A stretch of 38,895 bases of DNA from Ignavibacteria bacterium (GCA_041694835.1 JBGFRZ010000015.1:1-38895); one strand, 5' to 3'. Positions 9,992 through 19,208 are shown, numbered from the stretch's first letter. Translations and numbers: made by a program. The notes: generated by a model from the letters alone, not told the origin.

Positions 9992-10422
9992 AACTTGTAC
10001 TAAAATGTTGTTGTAACATTGGGTAAGGATTTTGCAATACCGCTATGATGTATGATGAGATTATTGAAAAACCCATCTTTTTCACTTAAAGGGCAGTTTC
10101 TTAACGGTTAAAAGTTTCAATCAGACCGCAAAACTCCTCGCTTTGCTCGTCGGACATTGCGGTCTAAACGATTTCAACTTTTAACCTAAAACTGCCAAAT
10201 CGTTCAAAAAATTAAGGTTTTTCAACGAGCTCATGATGTAAAAACAAAGTATTTTCGCTCATTCTCGTCCCGATAAATCGGGACTGCGAGGTAATCAAGT
10301 GTTCACACTTGATTAAACCCGCTCAAACACTTTGTTTTTATACGCACAACAAAAAATGGAGAAGACCCGAAAATAAAAGATTACGCCAACTCATCCATTT
10401 CAATGAACAAGTTTTGACGGGG
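9983..10422. mobile_element. Composite nested repeat: outer CCCCGTTAGAACTTGT-ended element containing family B, which contains family A copy 2
   Basis: Outer ends CCCCGTTAGAACTTGT (from 9983) and ACAAGTTTTGACGGGG (to 10422). Segments ~10003-10051 and ~10249-10368 match 19392-19595 in reverse complement. Confidence 0.75.
10057..10232. mobile_element. 176-bp MITE, family A, copy 2 (inverted relative to copy 1)
   Basis: Reverse complement of 6103-6278 with one mismatch seen. ATGAT direct repeat at 10052-10056 and 10233-10237. Confidence 0.9.
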
Positions 10423-10431
10423 TGAAAAATA

Positions 10432-11190
10432 ATGAATATACTTGAGATTAAAAACCTCAACAAGACGTTCGTTATCGAAAAGTTTTTCGCAGAAAAACTC
10501 AGGGTCATCGCCCTCAGGGACGTAAATCTTTCAGTAGAAAAAGGAATGGCTCTCGGAATTCTCGGCGAGAGCGGATCGGGGAAAACGACTCTGGCCAAAA
10601 TAACCTGCGGACTTATGGAGAAAGACGGCGGCGAAATCATCATCGTCGGCAGATCGCTTGGGACATTGAAATCGAAGGAGTTGTCTAAAAATATCCAACT
10701 TATATTTCAGAATCCCTATGACTCGCTAAACCCACGTCTTACCGTCGGAGTTCATCTCTCCGAGGCTCTTTCAGATGTTTGCGGGAAGATGAAAAACAAA
10801 AAAGCCGAAGAGTTGCTTGATAAAGTCGGACTTTCAGGCGATTTTATGAAAAGGTTCCCTCATCAGCTTTCGGGAGGTCAGCGACAGAGGGTGGCGATAG
10901 CGAGGGCGATTGCACCGAACCCCGATATCATAATAGCCGATGAACCTGTCTCGTCACTTGATATATCAATACAGACACAAATATTAAATCTTTTCAAATC
11001 GCTTAAAAAAGAGTCCGATATAACTTTCATCTTCATCTCTCACGATATACTCGCCACCGCCTATCTCGCCGACGAAATAGCCGTCATGAAAGATGGTCGA
11101 GTCATAGAAATCGGCGAAACCGAAAAAATAATTAGGCAGCCGGTTGAAGAATATACAAAAAAACTTATAAACTCTATGACATTTGTATGA
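10432..11190 (+). CDS. oppF: Peptide ABC transporter ATPase
   Basis: GESGSGKT, IFQNPYDSLNPR, FPHQLSGGQRQR, IADEPVSSLD. Confidence 0.92.
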   Translation: MNILEIKNLNKTFVIEKFFAEKLRVIALRDVNLSVEKGMALGILGESGSGKTTLAKITCGLMEKDGGEIIIVGRSLGTLKSKELSKNIQLIFQNPYDSLNPRLTVGVHLSEALSDVCGKMKNKKAEELLDKVGLSGDFMKRFPHQLSGGQRQRVAIARAIAPNPDIIIADEPVSSLDISIQTQILNLFKSLKKESDITFIFISHDILATAYLADEIAVMKDGRVIEIGETEKIIRQPVEEYTKKLINSMTFV

Positions 11191-11524
11191 TAATGTAGGC
11201 ATCAGTTTTTATTGACTTACGCATAATTATGGTCTGCTGATCCCGCCAAGGCGGGACTAAAATGCTAAAAATTCAAGCACCTACAACGGAAATTATGAAA
11301 ATAGCGCTCAAAGTGCACGATTTTTTGCTATTCTTATGTAAAAACCTTGCCACGGAGTAGAAATAGGACGCAGATTTTCGCAGATTTGGTAGATATTAAA
11401 AACTTTTGTCAAAATCGGCATTGAGCTGCGTCCAAAAATAAATCTGTGGTGAATTTTAGCGAAGCGTCAGTGAACCCTAAGTAATGGTAATCCCCGGTAG
11501 GACGGGAAAAGAGGAGCCGTCATT

Positions 11525-13042
11525 ATGGCTAATTATATTGAAAGCTTTACGAAACTGAAATCTGAAATTGAGAAAAACGTATTGTTCAGGGACATAAAAA
11601 TCATCTATCAGGGATTCGGAGCGTTGGGAGCGCATATGTTCAGACATTTCGCCGAGATAGGCGCTGTAGTATCTTTTTATTATGGCGAAGAGGTCAAAAA
11701 ACACATCGTTGATGGGTGGGGGATACCCGTATTTTCCTATGAGGAAAAAAAGAAGGTCAGACATAACTCGGTCAATCTCTTCTACGATTACTTCTATAAG
11801 GACTACGGCGACGAACTGCTTTCCTGTCTGAGCCGCCTCGAAGGGAAAGTTGTTTTCATTCCTTTCGCCACGACAACAGCTCTTCAGGATTTTCTTTTTT
11901 CAAAAGGTCGGGGATTTCATCTCTTCCAGAATCCGGTCATCGTGCAGAATTATTTTGATTACAAAGCCCGACTAGCGTGGCGAGCAAAGGAAATTGGAAT
12001 ACCGATACCCTCCGACAGCACTATAAGTTTATTCGGGAATTTAAACTATCATGAACTTTCCGATAGATACGACGGTAGTTTCGTGATACAGATACCGCTA
12101 TCGCAGGCGGGCGGGGGAACTGATTTCATCCACTCGCGCGAAGATTTTCTGAATGCGCTCGAAGAAAAAAGAAGGATGCTTGGAAAATCGTTTGATAAAA
12201 CCCAAGTCAAAATAACGAGATATCTTTCCGGACCAAGCCTCAACTGCACCGGATGCGTCGTCAACGGAGCTGTGGCGCTCTCACAACCCGACATTCAAAT
12301 AGTTGGCGATCCAACCATAACTTCTAACCCCGCCCAGTACATAGGCTCGGATTTCTCGTTGAACGAATTTACCCCCGAGCACAAAATGCAAATGCTTGAT
12401 ATAACCGAAAAAATCGGACTCTGGATGGGAAAAAACGGCTATCGCGGAAACTTCGGGGTAGATTTTCTTTCAACGGTGGACAAAAATAATCATCTGGAAA
12501 ATATATATGTAAGCGAGGTAAACGCAAGGCTTGTCGGCGAATCGCAGTACCTCGCCGATTTCCAGTACATGAAGAATCAAACGCCGCTGACGTTCTTTCA
12601 TCTTGCAGAGTACGCGGACGTAGAAATAAATTCCGCACATATAAAAAAATACAACGAAAATCTGCCTGACCTTGAGGGCTCGGCAATCATGGTCTTTTCA
12701 AAAAACAAAGGAAGTTTCAAAGCAACGGGGGGTTTGAAGTCCGGAGTTTATACATTTGAAAACGGAAATTTGAAAAAGCTCAGAGACGGCATCACTCTCT
12801 CCGACACAAAATCGCCGAATGAGTTCGTCATAACAAACGGTGTCCCATGGAACGATCTCGTGATAGGTCATCCGAAATATGGCGACGAGCAACTCTGCCT
12901 CTGCTACATAATGACAAGGGAGAGCATAGTAGACAGAGGCAACTGGAGAAGGTTAAGCGAAAAGTGGAAAGAAATAATAGAAAGTGTCAGAGCAACTCTA
13001 AAGCTTGTGCCATGCGAAAAGAGGTCACTTTTGGAGATATGA
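11525..13042 (+). CDS. Uncharacterised ATP-grasp ligase (stand-alone 'biotin carboxylase-like'/peptide-ligase-like family)
   Basis: FDYK, FVIQIPLSQAGGGT loop, YIGSDF, GYRGNFGVDFL, EVNAR (ExNxR). GAGGAG RBS. Confidence 0.75.
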   Translation: MANYIESFTKLKSEIEKNVLFRDIKIIYQGFGALGAHMFRHFAEIGAVVSFYYGEEVKKHIVDGWGIPVFSYEEKKKVRHNSVNLFYDYFYKDYGDELLSCLSRLEGKVVFIPFATTTALQDFLFSKGRGFHLFQNPVIVQNYFDYKARLAWRAKEIGIPIPSDSTISLFGNLNYHELSDRYDGSFVIQIPLSQAGGGTDFIHSREDFLNALEEKRRMLGKSFDKTQVKITRYLSGPSLNCTGCVVNGAVALSQPDIQIVGDPTITSNPAQYIGSDFSLNEFTPEHKMQMLDITEKIGLWMGKNGYRGNFGVDFLSTVDKNNHLENIYVSEVNARLVGESQYLADFQYMKNQTPLTFFHLAEYADVEINSAHIKKYNENLPDLEGSAIMVFSKNKGSFKATGGLKSGVYTFENGNLKKLRDGITLSDTKSPNEFVITNGVPWNDLVIGHPKYGDEQLCLCYIMTRESIVDRGNWRRLSEKWKEIIESVRATLKLVPCEKRSLLEI

Positions 13043-14931
13043 AAATAACTAAAAGCGAAAATTACATCGGAAAAAACAAATTATTTGTGGAATCATGGCT
13101 TCCTGATAAATCAGAAAAGGCGCCGGTACTCTTCGTCGGAGGCGCTTTCGACGGTTCGTGGATTTTCGAAAAACATGCAAAGTTTCTTTCGGAAAGTGGC
13201 TACCCCGTTCACGCGATGAACCTGAGAGGACAGTACAGGAGCAAATTCAAAGGTATTGAATCCCTCTCTTACGAAGATTATATCAATGACATTTCTGATA
13301 TAGCGAAATCGCTGGATTTGAAAAACTTTATTCTTGCGGGATACAGCATGGGTGGGATTCTCGCCCAGAAATTCGCCGAAATGAACGGCGAAGCAGTATC
13401 CGGCCTCGTACTTTTCGACACGACTCGCTCAAAGGAGATTTCGGAGCTTTCCGGTGAGCCCCGTGAGAACTCAAAACATTTGCCGTCGGTGCTCCACTTT
13501 ATCCCATCAAAGGACATCGCGGAGGAGATGTTTGATGAGACGATATCTGAAGAGAAATATAACTTTATTGTCGGAGTATTCAAGAATACCTGCGTATCGT
13601 CGAAAGCGTATCATAAACTTGAGGTGGAAAAGATAAGTGTCGATTTTTCAAAGATAAGATGCCCCGTTTTCATAATATCGGTCAGGAAGAATAGACGCGG
13701 TGATGAAGAGATGGTCAATAAACTCAATTCGTCCATTTTATATCTCGAAGGCTACTCGCACGGGAGTATTCTCGCAAGTGGTTTTTTCATGCCGGTATCA
13801 GAAAAGATTCGCCGCTGGCTTGATTCCGGATTAAAGACTGGCGAAAAGATTTATTACAACTGGCACCGCGACATTTGCTCAAAAAATGAAAGGTATGCGA
13901 CGGAACTTCGATACTATAGCGGTTGGGAAAATCCCAAAATACAAATCCAAAACAGAAACGGCCGCGCAAGAGCAGAAATTAATCTTGAGAAAATCGGGTG
14001 CGGGAGGAAAGAGGGTGAGTATATGTTCTATGCGAAATTCAACCTGAAGAAAAACAACCTCTTCCTGATAAAAAATGGCATTCTGACGGACGCCCCCTCA
14101 TCCGGCAAACTATACTCTCCTCTTGAAAAAACTCTCTATCTTGCCGACGGGGTTTTTTATTTCCGTCCTTTCGAAAACCAAAAAAATCCGGTATATATAA
14201 CTGAAAAAGTAACCTGCGATGCGTTAAACCAGATATTCGCGGTACATATAAGGCTGCCCAGGAACTACGACGAAAAAATGACATATCCTGCTTGCATACT
14301 AAACGATGGGCAGAATCAATACAAGGGCTGGGGGGCGTACGGAGGATGGCATACCGACGCTATTATGGATGACCTGTCGAAACGCGGCAGATGCAGGGAT
14401 TTGATACTCGCCGCCGTGGAAAGCCCCAAGAGAAGAAATGAAATATATCTCGCTCCGCCGCTCGGGCAGTCGGATTTATATGTAAATTTTCTATGTGACA
14501 TTCTCCTGCCGAAACTGCGCGAAAAATTCAGAATAACAAATGACCCGAAGGAGATTTCCATTATAGGGGCGTCGTACGGGGCGAATAACTCAGTCTACGC
14601 CGGCATCTTGAGACCTGAGGTATTTGGCCTCGTGGGAAGTCTTTCATTCGCGTATCTTCCGAAATGTCCCATAAGAGCCGACATGAGAGTTAAAGAAAAA
14701 CTTCCGTTCCAACGACTCTACGCTGACTGCGGCACAAAATGGTCCCACGACCAGCCCAACAGGGACGACAGTACATCTTCGACGAGAGAGCTCATAAACA
14801 TAGCCAAAGAAAAGGGTATGGTCGAAAACGAAAACTTGCTCGGGATAATATTCAACGGGCATTACCACAATGAATTCTACTGGCGGAAAAGGATAGGGCG
14901 CTGCCTCGAATTTCTCTATTCTCCCAAATAA
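13039..14931 (+). CDS. Fusion of an alpha/beta hydrolase, a linker (possible carbohydrate-binding module) and a Fes-like esterase
   Basis: Two nucleophile elbows, GYSMGG and GASYGA. LNDGQN and HNEFYWRKR esterase motifs. ATGA overlap with the upstream stop fixes the start at 13039. Confidence 0.8.
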   Translation: MKITKSENYIGKNKLFVESWLPDKSEKAPVLFVGGAFDGSWIFEKHAKFLSESGYPVHAMNLRGQYRSKFKGIESLSYEDYINDISDIAKSLDLKNFILAGYSMGGILAQKFAEMNGEAVSGLVLFDTTRSKEISELSGEPRENSKHLPSVLHFIPSKDIAEEMFDETISEEKYNFIVGVFKNTCVSSKAYHKLEVEKISVDFSKIRCPVFIISVRKNRRGDEEMVNKLNSSILYLEGYSHGSILASGFFMPVSEKIRRWLDSGLKTGEKIYYNWHRDICSKNERYATELRYYSGWENPKIQIQNRNGRARAEINLEKIGCGRKEGEYMFYAKFNLKKNNLFLIKNGILTDAPSSGKLYSPLEKTLYLADGVFYFRPFENQKNPVYITEKVTCDALNQIFAVHIRLPRNYDEKMTYPACILNDGQNQYKGWGAYGGWHTDAIMDDLSKRGRCRDLILAAVESPKRRNEIYLAPPLGQSDLYVNFLCDILLPKLREKFRITNDPKEISIIGASYGANNSVYAGILRPEVFGLVGSLSFAYLPKCPIRADMRVKEKLPFQRLYADCGTKWSHDQPNRDDSTSSTRELINIAKEKGMVENENLLGIIFNGHYHNEFYWRKRIGRCLEFLYSPK

Positions 14932-14932
14932 A

Positions 14933-16432
14933 ATGAAAGCGACCTGTATAATAAAAAAACTATCGCGTCTTTCTGCAAAAACGGATGTTTATATCGTCGG
15001 AGGAGCGGTGAGGGACTGGCTGATGGGATTTGAGACCTGCGACTTGGATTTCGCCTGTGGAAATCCCCTGAAAATTTCATCTGATTTTTCGGATAAAATT
15101 TGCGGAAAACTTCTGATTCTTGATGAATTAAATAAAATATACCGCGTAGTCAAAAAAACGAAAAACAAAACCTACAACTTTGATTTTACGAAATTAAAGG
15201 GGAAAACAATCCAGGAGGATCTCGCGAAAAGGGATATAACGATAAATGCCATGGCGTTGAAACTCAAAGACATCGCTTCAAAAAAAATTACCCCGGAGCG
15301 CCTTAAAAATTATCTAATAGATCCTTTTGGCGGTGCCGAAGACATAAAATCGAAAACAATCAGATTGCTCTCGGAAAAATCCGTCTTCGACGACCCCCTA
15401 AGGATGCTAAGAGTATTTAGGTTTTCATCCGAACTTGGATTTTGCTTGGACAATACAACCAGAAAAATTATAAAAAGACGTTCGGGGCTGATATATAAAT
15501 CATCGAAGGAAAGGATAAGAGAGGAGTTGTTCAAAATATTTTTGGTCGGCGATTCGCACCGCTACATATCACTTATGGACAAAGCGGGTCTTTTAAACAA
15601 AATTTTGCCCGTAGTCGAGCGACTGAAAAAATCGGCCAAGAAATTCTACTTTCATCCTCAAGGACTCTGGCATCACCTTACAGAAACGTTCGCCGCCATT
15701 GAAGACATAATGCTGAACATCAAGAAAAACTTCCCGAAAAACTATAACGAACTTTCGCATTATCTTTCAGAAAACATATCTTCATCGACAAGAATAGTGA
15801 TGCTAAAATACGCGACGCTTCTGCACGACATAGGAAAGCCGTCGAGCGTCAAAAGGATAAAAAACCGTGTGAGATTCTTCGGCCACGAAATAGTCGGAAC
15901 AAAACTTTTTGAAGAGGTTTCAAAGGGGATAAAATTATCAAATGATGAAATAAATTTCGGGAAGTCCCTGATAAAAAATCATATGCGAATACTCCAGCTC
16001 GTTGGCACGAACTCAACCACAGAAAGGGCGACCTGGCGCCTCATGAGGGAAGCGGGGGAAAACCTCCCCGCTCTTGCGCTTTTGTCACTCGCCGATGCGA
16101 AAAGTTATGCAAGGATTCCGGGGTTTGAAAAGAATAACTTAAAAGATATATTGAAGTACACAAGGCTGATTGTAAATCTTTATTTCGCGAAAAAGAAAGA
16201 AAAGCCCAGAAAAAAAATAATAGACGGCCACATAATAATGAAAAGACTCAAGCTTAAGCCAGGTCCTCTCGTAGGAGAACTCCTCGCTGCGATAGATGAG
16301 GAGTATAACTTAAACAAAATCAAGACAACCGAAGAAGCGTTGTCGCTATCGATAAAAATTTTAAATAATAAAAGTCGGATGAATGTTAAAATACCGCCAG
16401 ATGCGCGGGCATGGCGCAGAAAACAAACTTGA
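14933..16432 (+). CDS. Class II tRNA nucleotidyltransferase with HD domain, probably CC-adding type
   Basis: VGGAVRD..DLD, EDLAKRDITINAMA, DPFGG, DDPLRMLR, ERIREE, LHDIGK. The flexible loop is absent. Confidence 0.88.
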   Translation: MKATCIIKKLSRLSAKTDVYIVGGAVRDWLMGFETCDLDFACGNPLKISSDFSDKICGKLLILDELNKIYRVVKKTKNKTYNFDFTKLKGKTIQEDLAKRDITINAMALKLKDIASKKITPERLKNYLIDPFGGAEDIKSKTIRLLSEKSVFDDPLRMLRVFRFSSELGFCLDNTTRKIIKRRSGLIYKSSKERIREELFKIFLVGDSHRYISLMDKAGLLNKILPVVERLKKSAKKFYFHPQGLWHHLTETFAAIEDIMLNIKKNFPKNYNELSHYLSENISSSTRIVMLKYATLLHDIGKPSSVKRIKNRVRFFGHEIVGTKLFEEVSKGIKLSNDEINFGKSLIKNHMRILQLVGTNSTTERATWRLMREAGENLPALALLSLADAKSYARIPGFEKNNLKDILKYTRLIVNLYFAKKKEKPRKKIIDGHIIMKRLKLKPGPLVGELLAAIDEEYNLNKIKTTEEALSLSIKILNNKSRMNVKIPPDARAWRRKQT

Positions 16433-16553
16433 CCAAAACCGAGCCGTCTCGGGCGGAAAATTAAAAAAACCTCTCTATGCACGACAGGAAACTGAACTTC
16501 GCCATGCTCAACAACCCGAAAATGTTCGACAACATTTTTAAGTTTAAGAAAAT

Positions 16554-17522
16554 ATGAATTATTTAAAATCGCTATTTTTAATCGTATTTTTTACAGGTGG
16601 CATATACGGATGGAATGAATCGACCCATCAAATGATAGTAAGGGCCGCGGCGAAGAATCCTTATATGCCCCATGATTTAAGAATACTTTTGCGGAAAAAT
16701 CTTTTTGCGCTCGAGCTTGGGTCCATTGACCCTGACAATAAGGACCCCGAAGATATAAGGTCGCACGACGTGGAAGTTGCCGTCGATGTCATACCCGAAA
16801 TATACGACAAGATTTTAATGGCAAGGATGGATGACCGTCAATTAGCAAGACAGCTCGGAAGGATATCCCACTACATATCCGACATAAACAATCCGATGCA
16901 CACGGAACAGGACGAAGCCGAGCAGGATTTCGAAATACAAGCCCATTCGAGGTACGAAGACCAGGCCGAAGCAATCAAAATCACAGGGACATCTCTCAAA
17001 AAACCCCTCTACATAAAAGACATGAGAATATACATTGAAGAGGTCGGGGACAAATCCAACGAATATTTCGATACTCTCATAGAGATATACATCCACCCGG
17101 GGAACCACATGGCGAAAGTGAAAAACATAACGACTAAATTCATAATAAATGCGGCTCAGGACACATCGAACATATTTTATACTATATGGGAAGACATAAA
17201 AAAGGAAAAAATCAATCTCTCAAAGAATTCCGATTACATAAAGCTCGCCGGCAGATATGAGAAGAACAATCTGCTTGAAGACGCAGAGAAGACGCTTAAA
17301 AGCGCACTAAATAAATCCACTTCATCTCTTGAGATTCAGTTTGAACTTGCGAAATTTTTTCACAGAAATATTCCGAAAAACAAATCCTATAGACAAAAGG
17401 CGCTGAACGAGTATAAAAAACTTTTCGACACTAAATACAACGATGCTGCCAGAAAATCTTCGCTTCAAATATTAAGAGGAGAAAATGAAAAAAAACAAAA
17501 TGCGGCCCCAAAGAAATTCTGA
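16554..17522 (+). CDS. Secreted Zn-dependent phospholipase C / S1-P1 nuclease-like protein with a TPR-like tail
   Basis: Signal peptide followed by mature N-terminal W-x4-H (WNESTH). Motifs DPD, HYISDINNPMH and HSRYE. Helical C-terminus. Confidence 0.75.
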   Translation: MNYLKSLFLIVFFTGGIYGWNESTHQMIVRAAAKNPYMPHDLRILLRKNLFALELGSIDPDNKDPEDIRSHDVEVAVDVIPEIYDKILMARMDDRQLARQLGRISHYISDINNPMHTEQDEAEQDFEIQAHSRYEDQAEAIKITGTSLKKPLYIKDMRIYIEEVGDKSNEYFDTLIEIYIHPGNHMAKVKNITTKFIINAAQDTSNIFYTIWEDIKKEKINLSKNSDYIKLAGRYEKNNLLEDAEKTLKSALNKSTSSLEIQFELAKFFHRNIPKNKSYRQKALNEYKKLFDTKYNDAARKSSLQILRGENEKKQNAAPKKF

Positions 17523-18198
17523 TGATATCAAAAGCCTCTTTCAGATAAGCGCTGAAATAGTTTCGGACAAATACCTGAACGACATCCTCCGGTTCATAGT
17601 TACCATCACCGCCAGGATGACGGGCTCGAAAATCTGCTCTATCCTTATTCTCGACGAAAAAAAACAGGAGCTTTATATCGTGGCGACGCAGTCGCTCAGC
17701 GAGGATTACATAAACAAGCCGAATCTCAAAGTTGGCGAGGGTATATCGGGTATGGCTATAAAAAACTGCTCCATCGTGACATCGAAGGACGTGAGAGCGG
17801 ACAAGAGATTCAAATACCCCGATATAGCTAAGAAGGAAAACATCGTATCTATGATATCCGTTCCTATTATCGTGAAAAATAAGGCGATAGGCGTGATAAA
17901 CAGCTACACACAGAAAGTGCACAAATACACGAAAAAAGAAACTCAACTTCTCCATACTATAGCCAACCAGTCCGGACTCGCCATAGAAAACTCGAAACTT
18001 ATGCAAGAAATTACATCAACTAAACAGATGCTTGAGACAAGAAAATCTGTAGAAAGAGCGAAAGGCATACTTATGAAAGAGTGGAATTTGCCTGAAGATG
18101 AAGCATATCGGATTATACAAAAGAAAAGTATGGAAACTTGCAAGCCAATGAAAGAAATAGCCGATGCAATAATCATTACCAACGAGATTAAAAAATAA
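17485..18198 (+). CDS. GAF + ANTAR domain RNA-binding antiterminator
   Basis: GAF motifs (GEGISG, SMISVP, IGVIN, IANQSGLAIEN). ANTAR consensus LETRKSVERAKGILM..EDEAY..IQKKSM..MKEIADAII. GAGGAG RBS. Confidence 0.93.
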   Translation: MKKNKMRPQRNSDDIKSLFQISAEIVSDKYLNDILRFIVTITARMTGSKICSILILDEKKQELYIVATQSLSEDYINKPNLKVGEGISGMAIKNCSIVTSKDVRADKRFKYPDIAKKENIVSMISVPIIVKNKAIGVINSYTQKVHKYTKKETQLLHTIANQSGLAIENSKLMQEITSTKQMLETRKSVERAKGILMKEWNLPEDEAYRIIQKKSMETCKPMKEIADAIIITNEIKK

Positions 18199-18199
18199 C

Positions 18200-18228
18200 T
18201 TGACATTTTTCTAAAAATTTGCTATATT
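18200..18228 (+). promoter_or_regulatory. Sigma70 promoter
   Basis: TTGACA-17 bp-TATATT with TG extension. Confidence 0.7.
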
Positions 18229-18240
18229 CATAATATGTGT

Positions 18241-18284
18241 CCGCGATGAAGCGGGTTCACATTAGGTAAAGAGGTAAAGATGCC
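18241..18284 (+). promoter_or_regulatory. ANTAR dual-hairpin RNA motif, site 1
   Basis: CCGC-GATGAA-GCGG and GGT-AAAGAT-GCC hexaloop hairpins, both with G at loop position 4. The second overlaps the terminator stem. Confidence 0.7.
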
Positions 18285-18308
18285 CCGATATTACATCGGG
18301 GCTTTTTT
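18282..18308 (+). terminator. Intrinsic terminator/attenuator in the 5' leader
   Basis: GCCCCGAT-attac-ATCGGGGC followed by TTTTTT. Confidence 0.85.
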
Positions 18309-18400
18309 ATTTATCCCGTTAGAACTTATACTATGATTTAGCTGGAAAATAAAAGCATAAGCTCATTCGTTTATTTCAATAAAGCCAGTTTCCTATATTT

Positions 18401-19165
18401 ATGTGTAGAATGCTTGGTATATATACGATAAAAGAAATTTCACCATTGCTGTTGGATGAGTTCGCTGAACTTTCCACAAAGGGAGTGATTAAACCCGTGA
18501 TGCAACCCGGTCATCCGGATGGATGGGGATTAGCGGGATATCTTGGAAACTGGTCAACTTACTTCGGCAGAAGCGAAAAAAGTTTAGCGGTCGATTCGGC
18601 AAACTACAACTCGGCAATCAAAAAAGCCATACTGTCGGAAACGAAGTTCCTGATAACCCATATTAGAAAAGCATCCAAGGGTTCAGCACTCATAGAAAAT
18701 ACTCATCCATTTATACACGATGAGTGGATTTTCGCTCACAACGGAACGATATTTAACTCTAAGAATCTCGTCGCTAACGATTACAAATACGAAGGGGAAA
18801 CTGACAGCGATCGGTTCTTTATTTTTTTAATAAAAAAATTGAGTCAAAAACCAATGAATAATTATATTGCCATAATTAAAGACGCTCTGGACGAAGTGAA
18901 ATCGCTGTGCCAATACACATCACTCACTTTTATCCTAACAAACGGAAGATGCCTTATAGGCTACAGGGATTTTACCGAGAGCGAAAATTATTACACCCTT
19001 TACTATTCGCTCATAGATGACGGCTCGGTCTTTTTATGTTCTGAACCGCTCTATGGTCTTATCTATGGAATCACCTGGAATCCTTTGAATAACAGCGAGT
19101 TGTTTTACATTGATAAATTTACAAAGCAAAAAAAGATAGTAAATTTAAGTCAACTGACATATTGA
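18401..19165 (+). CDS. Class II glutamine amidotransferase (YafJ/EgtC-like Ntn hydrolase)
   Basis: N-terminal MCR, HPDGWG, HIRKAS, ENTHPF, HNG, GETDS, CSEPL. Confidence 0.88.
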   Translation: MCRMLGIYTIKEISPLLLDEFAELSTKGVIKPVMQPGHPDGWGLAGYLGNWSTYFGRSEKSLAVDSANYNSAIKKAILSETKFLITHIRKASKGSALIENTHPFIHDEWIFAHNGTIFNSKNLVANDYKYEGETDSDRFFIFLIKKLSQKPMNNYIAIIKDALDEVKSLCQYTSLTFILTNGRCLIGYRDFTESENYYTLYYSLIDDGSVFLCSEPLYGLIYGITWNPLNNSELFYIDKFTKQKKIVNLSQLTY

Positions 19166-19178
19166 CGTGTCATCCTGA

Positions 19179-19208
19179 AACAAAGAAGTTAAAATGACAA
19201 GGATGTCA
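19179..19208 (+). promoter_or_regulatory. ANTAR dual-hairpin RNA motif, site 2
   Basis: AAC-AAAGAA-GTT and TGAC-AAGGAT-GTCA, both loops with A1/G4, 4 nt apart. Confidence 0.65.

Noticed and set aside
11470-11524. Hairpin-containing leader before the ATP-grasp gene as a riboswitch
   Set aside because: Only a short CCCG/CGGG stem is present, with no recognisable aptamer consensus. An Rfam scan would be needed.
12847-13038. N-terminal extension of the hydrolase in the ORF track
   Set aside because: It overlaps the ATP-grasp gene by about 195 nt; the ATGA-coupled start at 13039 is more plausible. Starts were trimmed likewise at 19765, 23027, 24301, 25563, 26924, 28935, 31424 and 33944.
16383-16556. 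Short ORFs after the nucleotidyltransferase (52 aa at 16383-16541; MHDRKLNF.. fragment)
   Set aside because: There is no RBS or recognisable family. They could be a gene remnant, but I cannot support it.
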